Shown piece by piece: positions 11,073-18,398 of a DNA stretch of 64,000 nucleotides. Position 1 is the first letter of the stretch. Every line of letters begins with the position of its first letter. Position numbers and translations under genes: made by a program. The notes under the pieces were generated by a model, which worked only from the letters and a program-made list of their open reading frames with translations, was not told where the DNA came from and made no database searches. Origin of the DNA: a virus (lineage: Duplodnaviria > Caudoviricetes); the IMG/VR virus record IMGVR_UViG_3300035520_001285, positions 22,232 through 86,231 of that record. One strand, given 5' to 3'.

Positions 11073-11681
11073 ATGAAGTATTTGGCTAATATAATAACAA
11101 CCAATAATAAATTAAGTACTATTGATTTCGTCAATAAGACTTCAAATGTGGATAGAGTTAATTTTACTCTACCCACATTAGTTATTGGTAAGGAATTGGC
11201 CGAAGGCATTTTTGGGAAAGAAAATATCCATATTTTGAATAAACAAATAAGAGGTGATATTTATTGGACTTATAGCAAAATGGAGAAACGCAATGATTTT
11301 GAAAAAGACTACGCTAAGTTCAACAATTTCATTTTCAAAAAACTAAAAACCAATGTAAAATATGCTTTTTTCAATATCTTTACTGAACCATTATATAGGA
11401 TAAAAGCCTTTCTAAACTTCATTGCGAATGATCAGCCGAAAACAGTTTATAGGGTGAATAATCACGTATATATTTATTGCAATGGAGTGGTAGTTGGCTT
11501 GTCATTGGAAGATATCGAATATGCTGGGATTGATAAAGAAAAAGCCTTTAACAGGATTAAGGAAAACGCATATAATGTTGTTATAGAGGGCATTGATTTT
11601 ATGTCCTACAAAATGCAAAAGCAAGTTGAGGGAGTAAACTATATTGTTCCCTATCTCTATGCATTAAAAAAGAATATTTAG
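11073..11681 (+). CDS. Hypothetical protein
   Basis: ORF track 11046..11681; ATG 11073 lies downstream of a TATATTTG box at 11041. No recognisable motif. Confidence 0.6.
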   Translation: MKYLANIITTNNKLSTIDFVNKTSNVDRVNFTLPTLVIGKELAEGIFGKENIHILNKQIRGDIYWTYSKMEKRNDFEKDYAKFNNFIFKKLKTNVKYAFFNIFTEPLYRIKAFLNFIANDQPKTVYRVNNHVYIYCNGVVVGLSLEDIEYAGIDKEKAFNRIKENAYNVVIEGIDFMSYKMQKQVEGVNYIVPYLYALKKNI

Positions 11682-11722
11682 GACAAAAACGCCATAAAAA
11701 ATAATTTTCTGCTCCATAACTG

Positions 11723-11730
11723 TATTTATA
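11723..11730 (+). promoter_or_regulatory. Putative phage late promoter TATTTATA
   Basis: 19 nt before ATG 11750. Confidence 0.55.
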
Positions 11731-11749
11731 GATAAGACAACGGATTAAC

Positions 11750-11926
11750 ATGTTCGTACCTAAAAAAAGTTCAAACCTTAGAAGACCTATTCTGAGGGCA
11801 CAAAAAGGAATTAATTCATTTCAAGCAGAGGAATCTGTAATTAAGAATGAAGAAAAAGAAAAGGTGGCTAAAAAAGCCCCTAAAAATAAAAAAGAAGAAA
11901 ACATTGATAGCAATGGCGATGAATAA
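11750..11926 (+). CDS. Small Lys/Glu-rich hypothetical protein (58 aa), absent from the ORF track
   Basis: Hand translation MFVPKKSSNLRRPILRAQKGINSFQAEESVIKNEEKEKVAKKAPKNKKEENIDSNGDE*; TATTTATA box 19 nt upstream; stop overlaps the next gene start. Confidence 0.6.
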   Translation: MFVPKKSSNLRRPILRAQKGINSFQAEESVIKNEEKEKVAKKAPKNKKEENIDSNGDE

Positions 11927-12092
11927 CTCAAACGATATGGCTAAGGCTGCAACTCTTATTGATTCTATCAATCAAAGTAAGGGAGCCAAAGTGAAATACA
12001 TCAAGAAAGAACAAGGCCTCATTGAAAGAACCGAAGATAGAAAAGATAAAATTATTTTAGCCGAAGATAATAGACAAATAATTTTTGGTTAA
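11919..12092 (+). CDS. Small hypothetical protein
   Basis: Track ORF 11847..12092; its 5' part is the off-frame reading of the 11750 ORF, so ATG 11913 or 11919 is the likelier start. Confidence 0.55.
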   Translation: MNNSNDMAKAATLIDSINQSKGAKVKYIKKEQGLIERTEDRKDKIILAEDNRQIIFG

Positions 12093-12098
12093 TAGATA

Positions 12099-12920
12099 AT
12101 GGAAGCAGAAGTAGATAAAAGGTTATTTGAAGAAACCAAGAAAAGGCTTCAGCAAATACTCGAATATACGGTAATCAATGGCAATAACATTGATGAGGCC
12201 GATGATGACAACGAAGAGCAGGGTGGCGATGAACAACCCCCCATGAATGGGGGCGGTGGCGTTCCTGTTCCTGACGGTATGTCTATGGATGATGGCGGCC
12301 AAGGTGGTACTCCTATGCCCATACAAGGTCAAGGCATGAATCAATCCCCTATAGGTCCCGATGCAGGAATACCACAGCAGGGTGTTAATGGCCCCGAAGG
12401 ATTTGACCCACAAATAGGTGATGCTGCACAACCCACAATGGATGATATGGGGCAAGAACCTACAGGCGACGAGCCTTCTGAAGATGATGACGTGGTTGAT
12501 ATTACTGATTTAACCGATAAGCAGGATGAAACTGAAAAAGACATTGAAAAACTCGGTAATAAATTCAGCGAAGTATTAGGTCATCTGAAAGCATTTGAAA
12601 AATACATTACGGATAATGATAAAAAAATTGAAGATTTGAAAGCAGAATTTGAAAAGAGAAATCCGACTCAAATTGAGAAGCTTTCAATGCAAACTACAAA
12701 ATCGTATCCGTTCAACGTAACCCCTGAACAATATTGGAAAGAAAAAGAAGCCACGTCGAATTATCGTACTGAAGATGATGATAATGGCAAGGAACAAGGC
12801 CAATATGTTATCACTGCAAATGATGTAAATGGTGATACCAATTGGAGGGCAATTGCTGATTCTTTAGATGATGATGACTTTATTTATAACCAAACATTGT
12901 CCAATGCAATGAAGCTTTAA
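12099..12920 (+). CDS. Acidic low-complexity protein with coiled coil, possibly head assembly/internal protein
   Basis: G/P/M/Q/D-rich disordered middle, heptad-like DIEKLGNKF...IEDLKAEFEKR segment; downstream of a TATTTATA box. Confidence 0.45.
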   Translation: MEAEVDKRLFEETKKRLQQILEYTVINGNNIDEADDDNEEQGGDEQPPMNGGGGVPVPDGMSMDDGGQGGTPMPIQGQGMNQSPIGPDAGIPQQGVNGPEGFDPQIGDAAQPTMDDMGQEPTGDEPSEDDDVVDITDLTDKQDETEKDIEKLGNKFSEVLGHLKAFEKYITDNDKKIEDLKAEFEKRNPTQIEKLSMQTTKSYPFNVTPEQYWKEKEATSNYRTEDDDNGKEQGQYVITANDVNGDTNWRAIADSLDDDDFIYNQTLSNAMKL

Positions 12921-12944
12921 GGAAGAAAAAAATATTCAATATTT

Positions 12945-12978
12945 AACTATGCAAAATCGACATTTTGCATAGTTTTTT
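12945..12978 (+). terminator. Intrinsic terminator
   Basis: Perfect 13-bp stem aactatgcaaaat-cgac-attttgcatagtt followed by T run. Confidence 0.75.
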
Positions 12979-13113
12979 ACTGCTATTTTTATATTTATAT
13001 ACAAATGGTGAGAATAAAATCACTATAAAATTTGTACATTTGATTTTGAGAAGTACTTCAAAATTCAACATAATTTTTTAAAAATAAAATTTCAATAAAA
13101 ACTTTAAACTTAG

Positions 13114-14175
13114 ATGTTAGATTCAACAAAATCTGGCGGTAACATTTCAATTGAAGCTATCGAAGGTAGCGAAAACAAAATTAATCCCAATTTCAATAAC
13201 AAAACTCCTTTCAATGTAAAGAATTATCTTAACTCACGATTGGAGAATGGAGAAACCTCAAAAGACATTCGTATCCGCCTTTTGACGATTGATAAGGATT
13301 CATCGACGCCTTTTCTACACGTCCATACTCACTACGTTCCTTCTAAAAAGAAAACGTATCTATGTTTACAAAAGAATGAATTTCCCAATTCAGACATTTT
13401 GGGGCACAAATGCCCTTTCTGTGAAGTAAACAAAAAAGCTTACGAAACTTTCCTCAAAAAGAAAGAAGAAGGTGACACTGTTGCTGCGCAACGCTACAAG
13501 GAGATTTCACTCCAAAATAAATCAAATGAGGAGTGTATTATCCGCTGCATTGAACGTAGCAAAGAAGCAGATGGTCCCAAGTTTTGGAAATTTAATCTGC
13601 GTAGCGACGAAAAAGACCCCGAAAATCAAATTAGAGCAATCTACCGTAATTACAAGGAAGAATGTGCCGAGGAAGGTGAGGCACCTGAAAACATCTTTGA
13701 TTTGCGCACAGGTCACGACTTCAAGGTTAAAATTCATGCTATCGTAGACAAGCAAGGCAAGCTCACCGACAAACGTGCTATTGGTATAACCATGGTCAAA
13801 AAGTCTACACCTCTTGCTGAGGATGAAGAAACTATTGCCAAATGGGTGAACGATGAAAAGAAATGGAATGATGTGTTTGTTGCCAAACCCTACGATTACT
13901 TGGCTGTTATTCAAGATGGTGGAGAGCCTTTCTTTGATAAACCAACAAAGAAATGGATCAATAAGACTGAAGCAAGCAAAGCTAAACAAGAAGAAATCCA
14001 AAAGAGAGAAGATGAAGCAAATAAGGCGGGTGAAGAAATTTCAGCTGCCGAAGCTAAAATCCTCAATGATGCGAAAGAGGCCGAAGTAGGCAATGAGGTT
14101 ATTCTTCCTGAAGTAACTCCTTTAACTGTAACCCCTGCTACTGATTCCGTGGATGATGATACGCTTCCCTTTTAA
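13114..14175 (+). CDS. Single-stranded DNA-binding protein, T4 gp32-like
   Basis: H...C...CPFC putative Zn ligands, GPKFWKF, GHDFKVK, acidic tail ending DDDTLPF; adjacent to the recombinase. Confidence 0.75.
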   Translation: MLDSTKSGGNISIEAIEGSENKINPNFNNKTPFNVKNYLNSRLENGETSKDIRIRLLTIDKDSSTPFLHVHTHYVPSKKKTYLCLQKNEFPNSDILGHKCPFCEVNKKAYETFLKKKEEGDTVAAQRYKEISLQNKSNEECIIRCIERSKEADGPKFWKFNLRSDEKDPENQIRAIYRNYKEECAEEGEAPENIFDLRTGHDFKVKIHAIVDKQGKLTDKRAIGITMVKKSTPLAEDEETIAKWVNDEKKWNDVFVAKPYDYLAVIQDGGEPFFDKPTKKWINKTEASKAKQEEIQKREDEANKAGEEISAAEAKILNDAKEAEVGNEVILPEVTPLTVTPATDSVDDDTLPF

Positions 14176-14203
14176 TTGAATGTAATTAAACTTTATAGAG
14201 GTG

Positions 14204-14248
14204 GGTGGATGATTTTGATGAAAATTAAACTCGTTCATCCACCTTTTT
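14204..14248 (+). terminator. Probable terminator with long loop
   Basis: ggtggatga / tcatccacc inverted repeat, 22-nt loop, then TTTTT. Confidence 0.5.
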
Positions 14249-14299
14249 CTCAAAAAAATTCTCAATATTTAATTTGTCAATTTTTAAAATTAAAAACTT

Positions 14300-15445
14300 A
14301 TGGCAAAACAGCCCTTAAAGAAAAAAGAAGTCAAGAAATTCGACATTAAGAGTTTCAAGAACGAGATATTCGGCGGTGAAGAAAAAAGCAACACCGCCGA
14401 CAAAGAGTTGGAGTGGATTGTGATGCCCTCCGCATATCAAGAAGCACTCAAGCTGCCTGGTATTCCTCTCTCTCGTGGTGTAATCACTCTACGTGGATGG
14501 TCTGATACAGGTAAGAGTACTCTTAAAAATCTTGCCATTGCAGGCGCTATGCATCAAGGTATGTTGCCTATTATCTTTGAAACCGAAGGCAACTTTGATT
14601 TTCAATACGCCAAAGATTGTGGTATGGAAATTGAACCCGTCTATGAAGATGTAGAATATACCAATGAAGAGACGGGCGAAGTAACCACTAAGCATGAAAT
14701 TGTAAACTGGGAAGGAAATTACCTCCTCTTTACCAACTCAAAAATGTGTGAATTCTGTGGTGATATGGACTATTCGCAAGGTAAAAAGGTATCTAAGAAG
14801 CGTAAAGTTGCCGTCATCGAAGATATTGCATATATCATGAATACTTTCCTTGATAAGCAAGACAATGGTGAACTTCCCATGCCTTTGTTCTTTGTATGGG
14901 ATTCTGTTGGCAGTATCACAGGATGGAAATCATATATGTCAAAAACGGGTAACAACCAATTTGATGCAAACTCTATTGCTACTGCTTTCAAAAACATCTT
15001 TACACGCATATCTGCCTCAAAAGAAATTGATGCCCCTTACTCAAACGGCTTCCTTGTTGTAAACAAGATTTGGCAAGACAACATGAACTCAATGGGTGGC
15101 GCTGTTTCTGTTGAAAACAGTGGCGGCAAATCAATCTTCTATGCAACTCGCCTTGGCATCCACTGCGGTGGTACGGCTAAAGCTTCCACAAAGAAGCTTA
15201 AAGCTGTCTACAAAGGGCAGGAATATCAATACGGTACTCTGACTAAGGTAAGCGTCTTTAAGAACCAATTACCAATCCCCTACAATATTTCTTACAACGG
15301 TACGGTATGTTGTGTTCACAATGGCATCATCTCGGAGAGTGAGCTTGATGAATACAAGAAAACCTACATTCCGAAGATTATGGCTGAAAAATTCGCAGGT
15401 GCAACTGCTGAAGATATCACCTTTGTAGAAGAGGAAACTAATTAA
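14300..15445 (+). CDS. recA: RecA/UvsX-like recombinase
   Basis: LPGIP...ITLRGWSDTGKST Walker A, IIFETEGNFD, FFVWDSVGS Walker B, VVNKIW, SGGKSIFY, KVSVFKNQL. Confidence 0.85.
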   Translation: MAKQPLKKKEVKKFDIKSFKNEIFGGEEKSNTADKELEWIVMPSAYQEALKLPGIPLSRGVITLRGWSDTGKSTLKNLAIAGAMHQGMLPIIFETEGNFDFQYAKDCGMEIEPVYEDVEYTNEETGEVTTKHEIVNWEGNYLLFTNSKMCEFCGDMDYSQGKKVSKKRKVAVIEDIAYIMNTFLDKQDNGELPMPLFFVWDSVGSITGWKSYMSKTGNNQFDANSIATAFKNIFTRISASKEIDAPYSNGFLVVNKIWQDNMNSMGGAVSVENSGGKSIFYATRLGIHCGGTAKASTKKLKAVYKGQEYQYGTLTKVSVFKNQLPIPYNISYNGTVCCVHNGIISESELDEYKKTYIPKIMAEKFAGATAEDITFVEEETN

Positions 15446-15483
15446 AAGACTATTTATAGTTCTTTTAACAATACCACATAATG

Positions 15484-15519
15484 AAAAATGACTGATTCAA
15501 TCAAGAGTCAGTCATTTTT
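15484..15519. terminator. Bidirectional terminator between convergent genes
   Basis: aaaaatgactga...tcagtcattttt inverted repeat overlapping the stop codon of the minus-strand gene. Confidence 0.65.
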
Positions 15520-15869
15520 TCATACAAAGGGACAAACACATCAAAACCATCATCATCTTCGAAATGATTTATTTCTTCAGGGAAAACAATTCCAAATTTA
15601 TATCGTTGATAAATAAATTTATCCCCATCCCATACTGCCTCTTCAGCATTCCTACAAGTGCCAATGTAGGTATGCCCTTTTACTAATTGATTTTTAGCAA
15701 TTGCTCCACATCGAATTAAATTTGGAATGATAATATCTTGATAAAATTGTTTTTCGGTAACAGGTATCGAGGGTATATCATTTACACCTTTAAATTCGGG
15801 CATTGTAATAAATGTCTCCCTAATTATCTGTAACCTCTCCTCCTTCGTTGGTCTCTTTAAATTCATCAT
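15501..15869 (-). CDS. Hypothetical protein
   Basis: 122-aa ORF with plausible globular composition (YIGTCRNAEEAVWDGDKFIYQRYKFG); opposite strand to its neighbours. Confidence 0.6.
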   Translation of the reverse strand: MMNLKRPTKEERLQIIRETFITMPEFKGVNDIPSIPVTEKQFYQDIIIPNLIRCGAIAKNQLVKGHTYIGTCRNAEEAVWDGDKFIYQRYKFGIVFPEEINHFEDDDGFDVFVPLYEKMTDS

Positions 15870-16206
15870 TCAGAAGTTTTGTAAGTTCAATGTTTTTAGG
15901 GCATTTGCCTTCAGTTACATAAAAACCATTGCGTATAGTGTTTATATATGTATCAATCATGCTAAGAGCAAGAAATATGTGGTCGGCATGAGCCTTGGCA
16001 TCAAACCATCTTAGGCCACCGCACTCAATAACGTATTTTGCAACTTTTTGTTTATTAGGCTTCGTTATATACAATTTACCAAGGGCGCAAAGATGCTCTA
16101 TATCAGGGACAAGCTGCAACTTCATGCTTTTAGTTTCAAACTGTCGCTTAGCATCATTAAATACTAGTACGTCAAGAGGATGGTATTCCGATTTATTTGA
16201 CTTCAT
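15820..16206 (-). CDS. Hypothetical protein
   Basis: 128-aa ORF with A-rich leader and a TATATTTC box upstream on the minus strand; 50-nt overlap with the downstream ORF. Confidence 0.55.
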   Translation of the reverse strand: MKSNKSEYHPLDVLVFNDAKRQFETKSMKLQLVPDIEHLCALGKLYITKPNKQKVAKYVIECGGLRWFDAKAHADHIFLALSMIDTYINTIRNGFYVTEGKCPKNIELTKLLNDEFKETNEGGEVTDN

Positions 16207-16220
16207 GTTCTTATTTTTAA

Positions 16221-16235
16221 TATATTTGAAATATA
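16221..16235. promoter_or_regulatory. Palindromic divergent promoter element TATATTT-G-AAATATA
   Basis: Reads TATATTTG on plus (Bacteroidota -7 consensus TAnnTTTG) and TATATTTC on minus, between divergent genes. Confidence 0.55.
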
Positions 16236-16271
16236 CTGAATAATAAGAAGAAACTCAACAGAAAACAAAGA

Positions 16272-17453
16272 ATGGCACAGCCTGTTCGTAAAAAAATACA
16301 AGATACACATCCTGAAATGATAAAACAAGAAGACATAAGAACCATAATTGTTGATGGCGGCAGCCTACTATTCAGGTGTATGGCTGATACTACAAGAAAT
16401 TCAGATGGAACTCATGTAGGCGGAATCTTTCAATTTCTCCTTCAACTAAAAATGATGGTTGATAAGGTTAATCCTGATTATGTGTATGTGTTTTTTGATA
16501 ATGAATATAGTGGTTTATTGAGATACCAACTATATGAACCATATAAAGCAAACAGAGACAAGCATTATCAATCATACGGAGCCTCAGAGTACGCAAAACA
16601 GTATAATGAAAATCTCAAAAGGATGCAAAGTTATATCTATGGAAAAAATAAAAAAGAAAAACCTGTAGGTGATTATCAAAAACTTGTAGATGAAAACTTT
16701 GATAGGGAACGTGACTCTTTAATGAAATATTTTGAAGAGTTATACATCCGCTGCTATATGGATGAAGTTGTTGAAGGTGATGATTTAATCGCTTATTATT
16801 GCATCAATAAGAAGCCAAATGAGAAAATATACATTATGTCTGGTGATGTTGATTTAACCCAATTATTGGCTGATGATATTGCAATATACGAGCTAAATAA
16901 AAAGAAATTTATCACAAAAGACAATTTCAAAGACTATTTTGGCTATCACTACGAAAATACATTAGTCAAAAAAATCTTCTGTGGGGACAATAGTGATAAT
17001 ATTGGTAACATTAAAGGCTTGTCGGATGTCGGATTTGCTAATTTAATGCCTGAATTTCGCACGAAAAAGGTTACAGTGGAGAATGTGTTGGAAAGGACAA
17101 AAGAATTGATTACAGAGCGCTTAAATGCCAAAAAGAAACCCTTGAAGGTTTATGAAAATATAATCAATGGAATTTCCAATAAACCATACAGCGGTGATTT
17201 TTATGAAATCAATCAAAAAATTATAGATTTGAAACATCCGCTATTGACTGATGAAGCGAAAAAAGTGATGGATTCGATGATGTACGCCCCACAAGACCCC
17301 AATGGCCGCTCATTCGGGAATTTATATGGATATATTCTTGAAGATGGTATTACTGATTTAATGAGCAACACAAGATTTGCCTCATTTTTCTCGCCTTTCA
17401 AAAGGCTTGAAGAAAAAGAGATTTCGAGATTTAAAGAAAGCTTAAAACAATAG
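16272..17453 (+). CDS. 5'-3' exonuclease / flap endonuclease (T4 RNase H-like)
   Basis: IIVDGG, VFFD, YKANR, EGDDLIA, SGDVDLTQL, GDNSDNIGNIKGL acidic motifs of the FEN/PIN family. Confidence 0.85.
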   Translation: MAQPVRKKIQDTHPEMIKQEDIRTIIVDGGSLLFRCMADTTRNSDGTHVGGIFQFLLQLKMMVDKVNPDYVYVFFDNEYSGLLRYQLYEPYKANRDKHYQSYGASEYAKQYNENLKRMQSYIYGKNKKEKPVGDYQKLVDENFDRERDSLMKYFEELYIRCYMDEVVEGDDLIAYYCINKKPNEKIYIMSGDVDLTQLLADDIAIYELNKKKFITKDNFKDYFGYHYENTLVKKIFCGDNSDNIGNIKGLSDVGFANLMPEFRTKKVTVENVLERTKELITERLNAKKKPLKVYENIINGISNKPYSGDFYEINQKIIDLKHPLLTDEAKKVMDSMMYAPQDPNGRSFGNLYGYILEDGITDLMSNTRFASFFSPFKRLEEKEISRFKESLKQ

Positions 17454-17462
17454 CACTTTTTG

Positions 17463-17470
17463 TATATTTG
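17463..17470 (+). promoter_or_regulatory. Host-type (Bacteroidota) -7 promoter box TATATTTG
   Basis: Matches TAnnTTTG; shares 13 nt (TATATTTGAAATA) with the 16221 element; upstream of 17561. Confidence 0.55.
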
Positions 17471-17560
17471 AAATAGAAGAAGCAGTGGTGATAAACCAAT
17501 CAACTTTTTTTGATTAATTTTTGAAATTTTAGTTTTTTAACATTTTTAATTAAAACAGAA

Positions 17561-18361
17561 ATGACTGAAAAAATGACAAGCGAAACACAGGCTACACCAA
17601 AGGTGGAACGCTTCGAGTTTAAGCTCACAGTGAATGACAACATTATTTGTCAGCGCTATTTCCGTATTAACGGTTTTCGCCGTGAGGCATACAACTCAAT
17701 TAACCTCTTAGAAACAATCGATTCATGCGTTGACCTTATCGACAAAGACCTTAAGGAAAAATCAGCAATCTACCTTGAAAATGCTGCACCGCTTTCGTTT
17801 GAAACCGTTGAGGATATGGAAGACTACGTTGCAAAACATCCTCAAACTAAGAATGGCGTACCTGAATTCGCTGTAATCACAACAACCAACGAAGTATTCA
17901 CTGTATTTGATGGTGAAATTACTCCTTATGAAAAACACTATGACATTAGTGATTCCACAAAGAATGATTCCGAAATCCCTTGCGTATTGAAGTTTGCCTT
18001 CCTTGACAATGGCCGTGAGATTATCTCAAAGACTTGGGATGGAAATGTTTATCCTCGTTTTGTGCGCACAAACATCGACCTTTCGAATTCGAAGAACAAA
18101 TACCGCATCAACGGCATCTTCGCCCCTGTAGAATCAGCAATCCTTGACAAATGTATTGCATCTCAGCCCGACCTTATTCCGCAAATCGTGCGCCAACTTT
18201 GCACTGTTTGCAGTAAGGAAGATGTTGATGAGTACGACACCACAATTGACTTTGGTAACAAGACATACAATCTTGATATTCGCAAGGAAAACCATAAGTT
18301 GTATCGCAGTCTTGAAGCGCAATATCGTAAGAAAACCGCAGAATACTTCCGTGGACTTTAA
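17561..18361 (+). CDS. Hypothetical protein upstream of the helicase
   Basis: 266-aa ORF with AT-rich leader; no function recognised. Confidence 0.65.
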   Translation: MTEKMTSETQATPKVERFEFKLTVNDNIICQRYFRINGFRREAYNSINLLETIDSCVDLIDKDLKEKSAIYLENAAPLSFETVEDMEDYVAKHPQTKNGVPEFAVITTTNEVFTVFDGEITPYEKHYDISDSTKNDSEIPCVLKFAFLDNGREIISKTWDGNVYPRFVRTNIDLSNSKNKYRINGIFAPVESAILDKCIASQPDLIPQIVRQLCTVCSKEDVDEYDTTIDFGNKTYNLDIRKENHKLYRSLEAQYRKKTAEYFRGL

Positions 18362-18398
18362 TCTTAGCCTTAACTAACACAAAGCGATAAAGAGTATT

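Noticed and set aside
11847-11912. Poly-Lys N-terminus MKKKKRWLKK of the track ORF as a real basic leader
   Set aside because: It is the off-frame reading of the 11750..11926 ORF.
12921-13113. AT-rich intergenic region as a replication origin
   Set aside because: Explained by a terminator, two promoter boxes and an AT-rich leader; no iterons seen.
13472-14093. Alternative-frame and antisense ORFs over the SSB gene (also those over 55820-56772, 53709-54047 and many others)
   Set aside because: Shadows of well-supported genes, with no leader, promoter or recognisable motifs.
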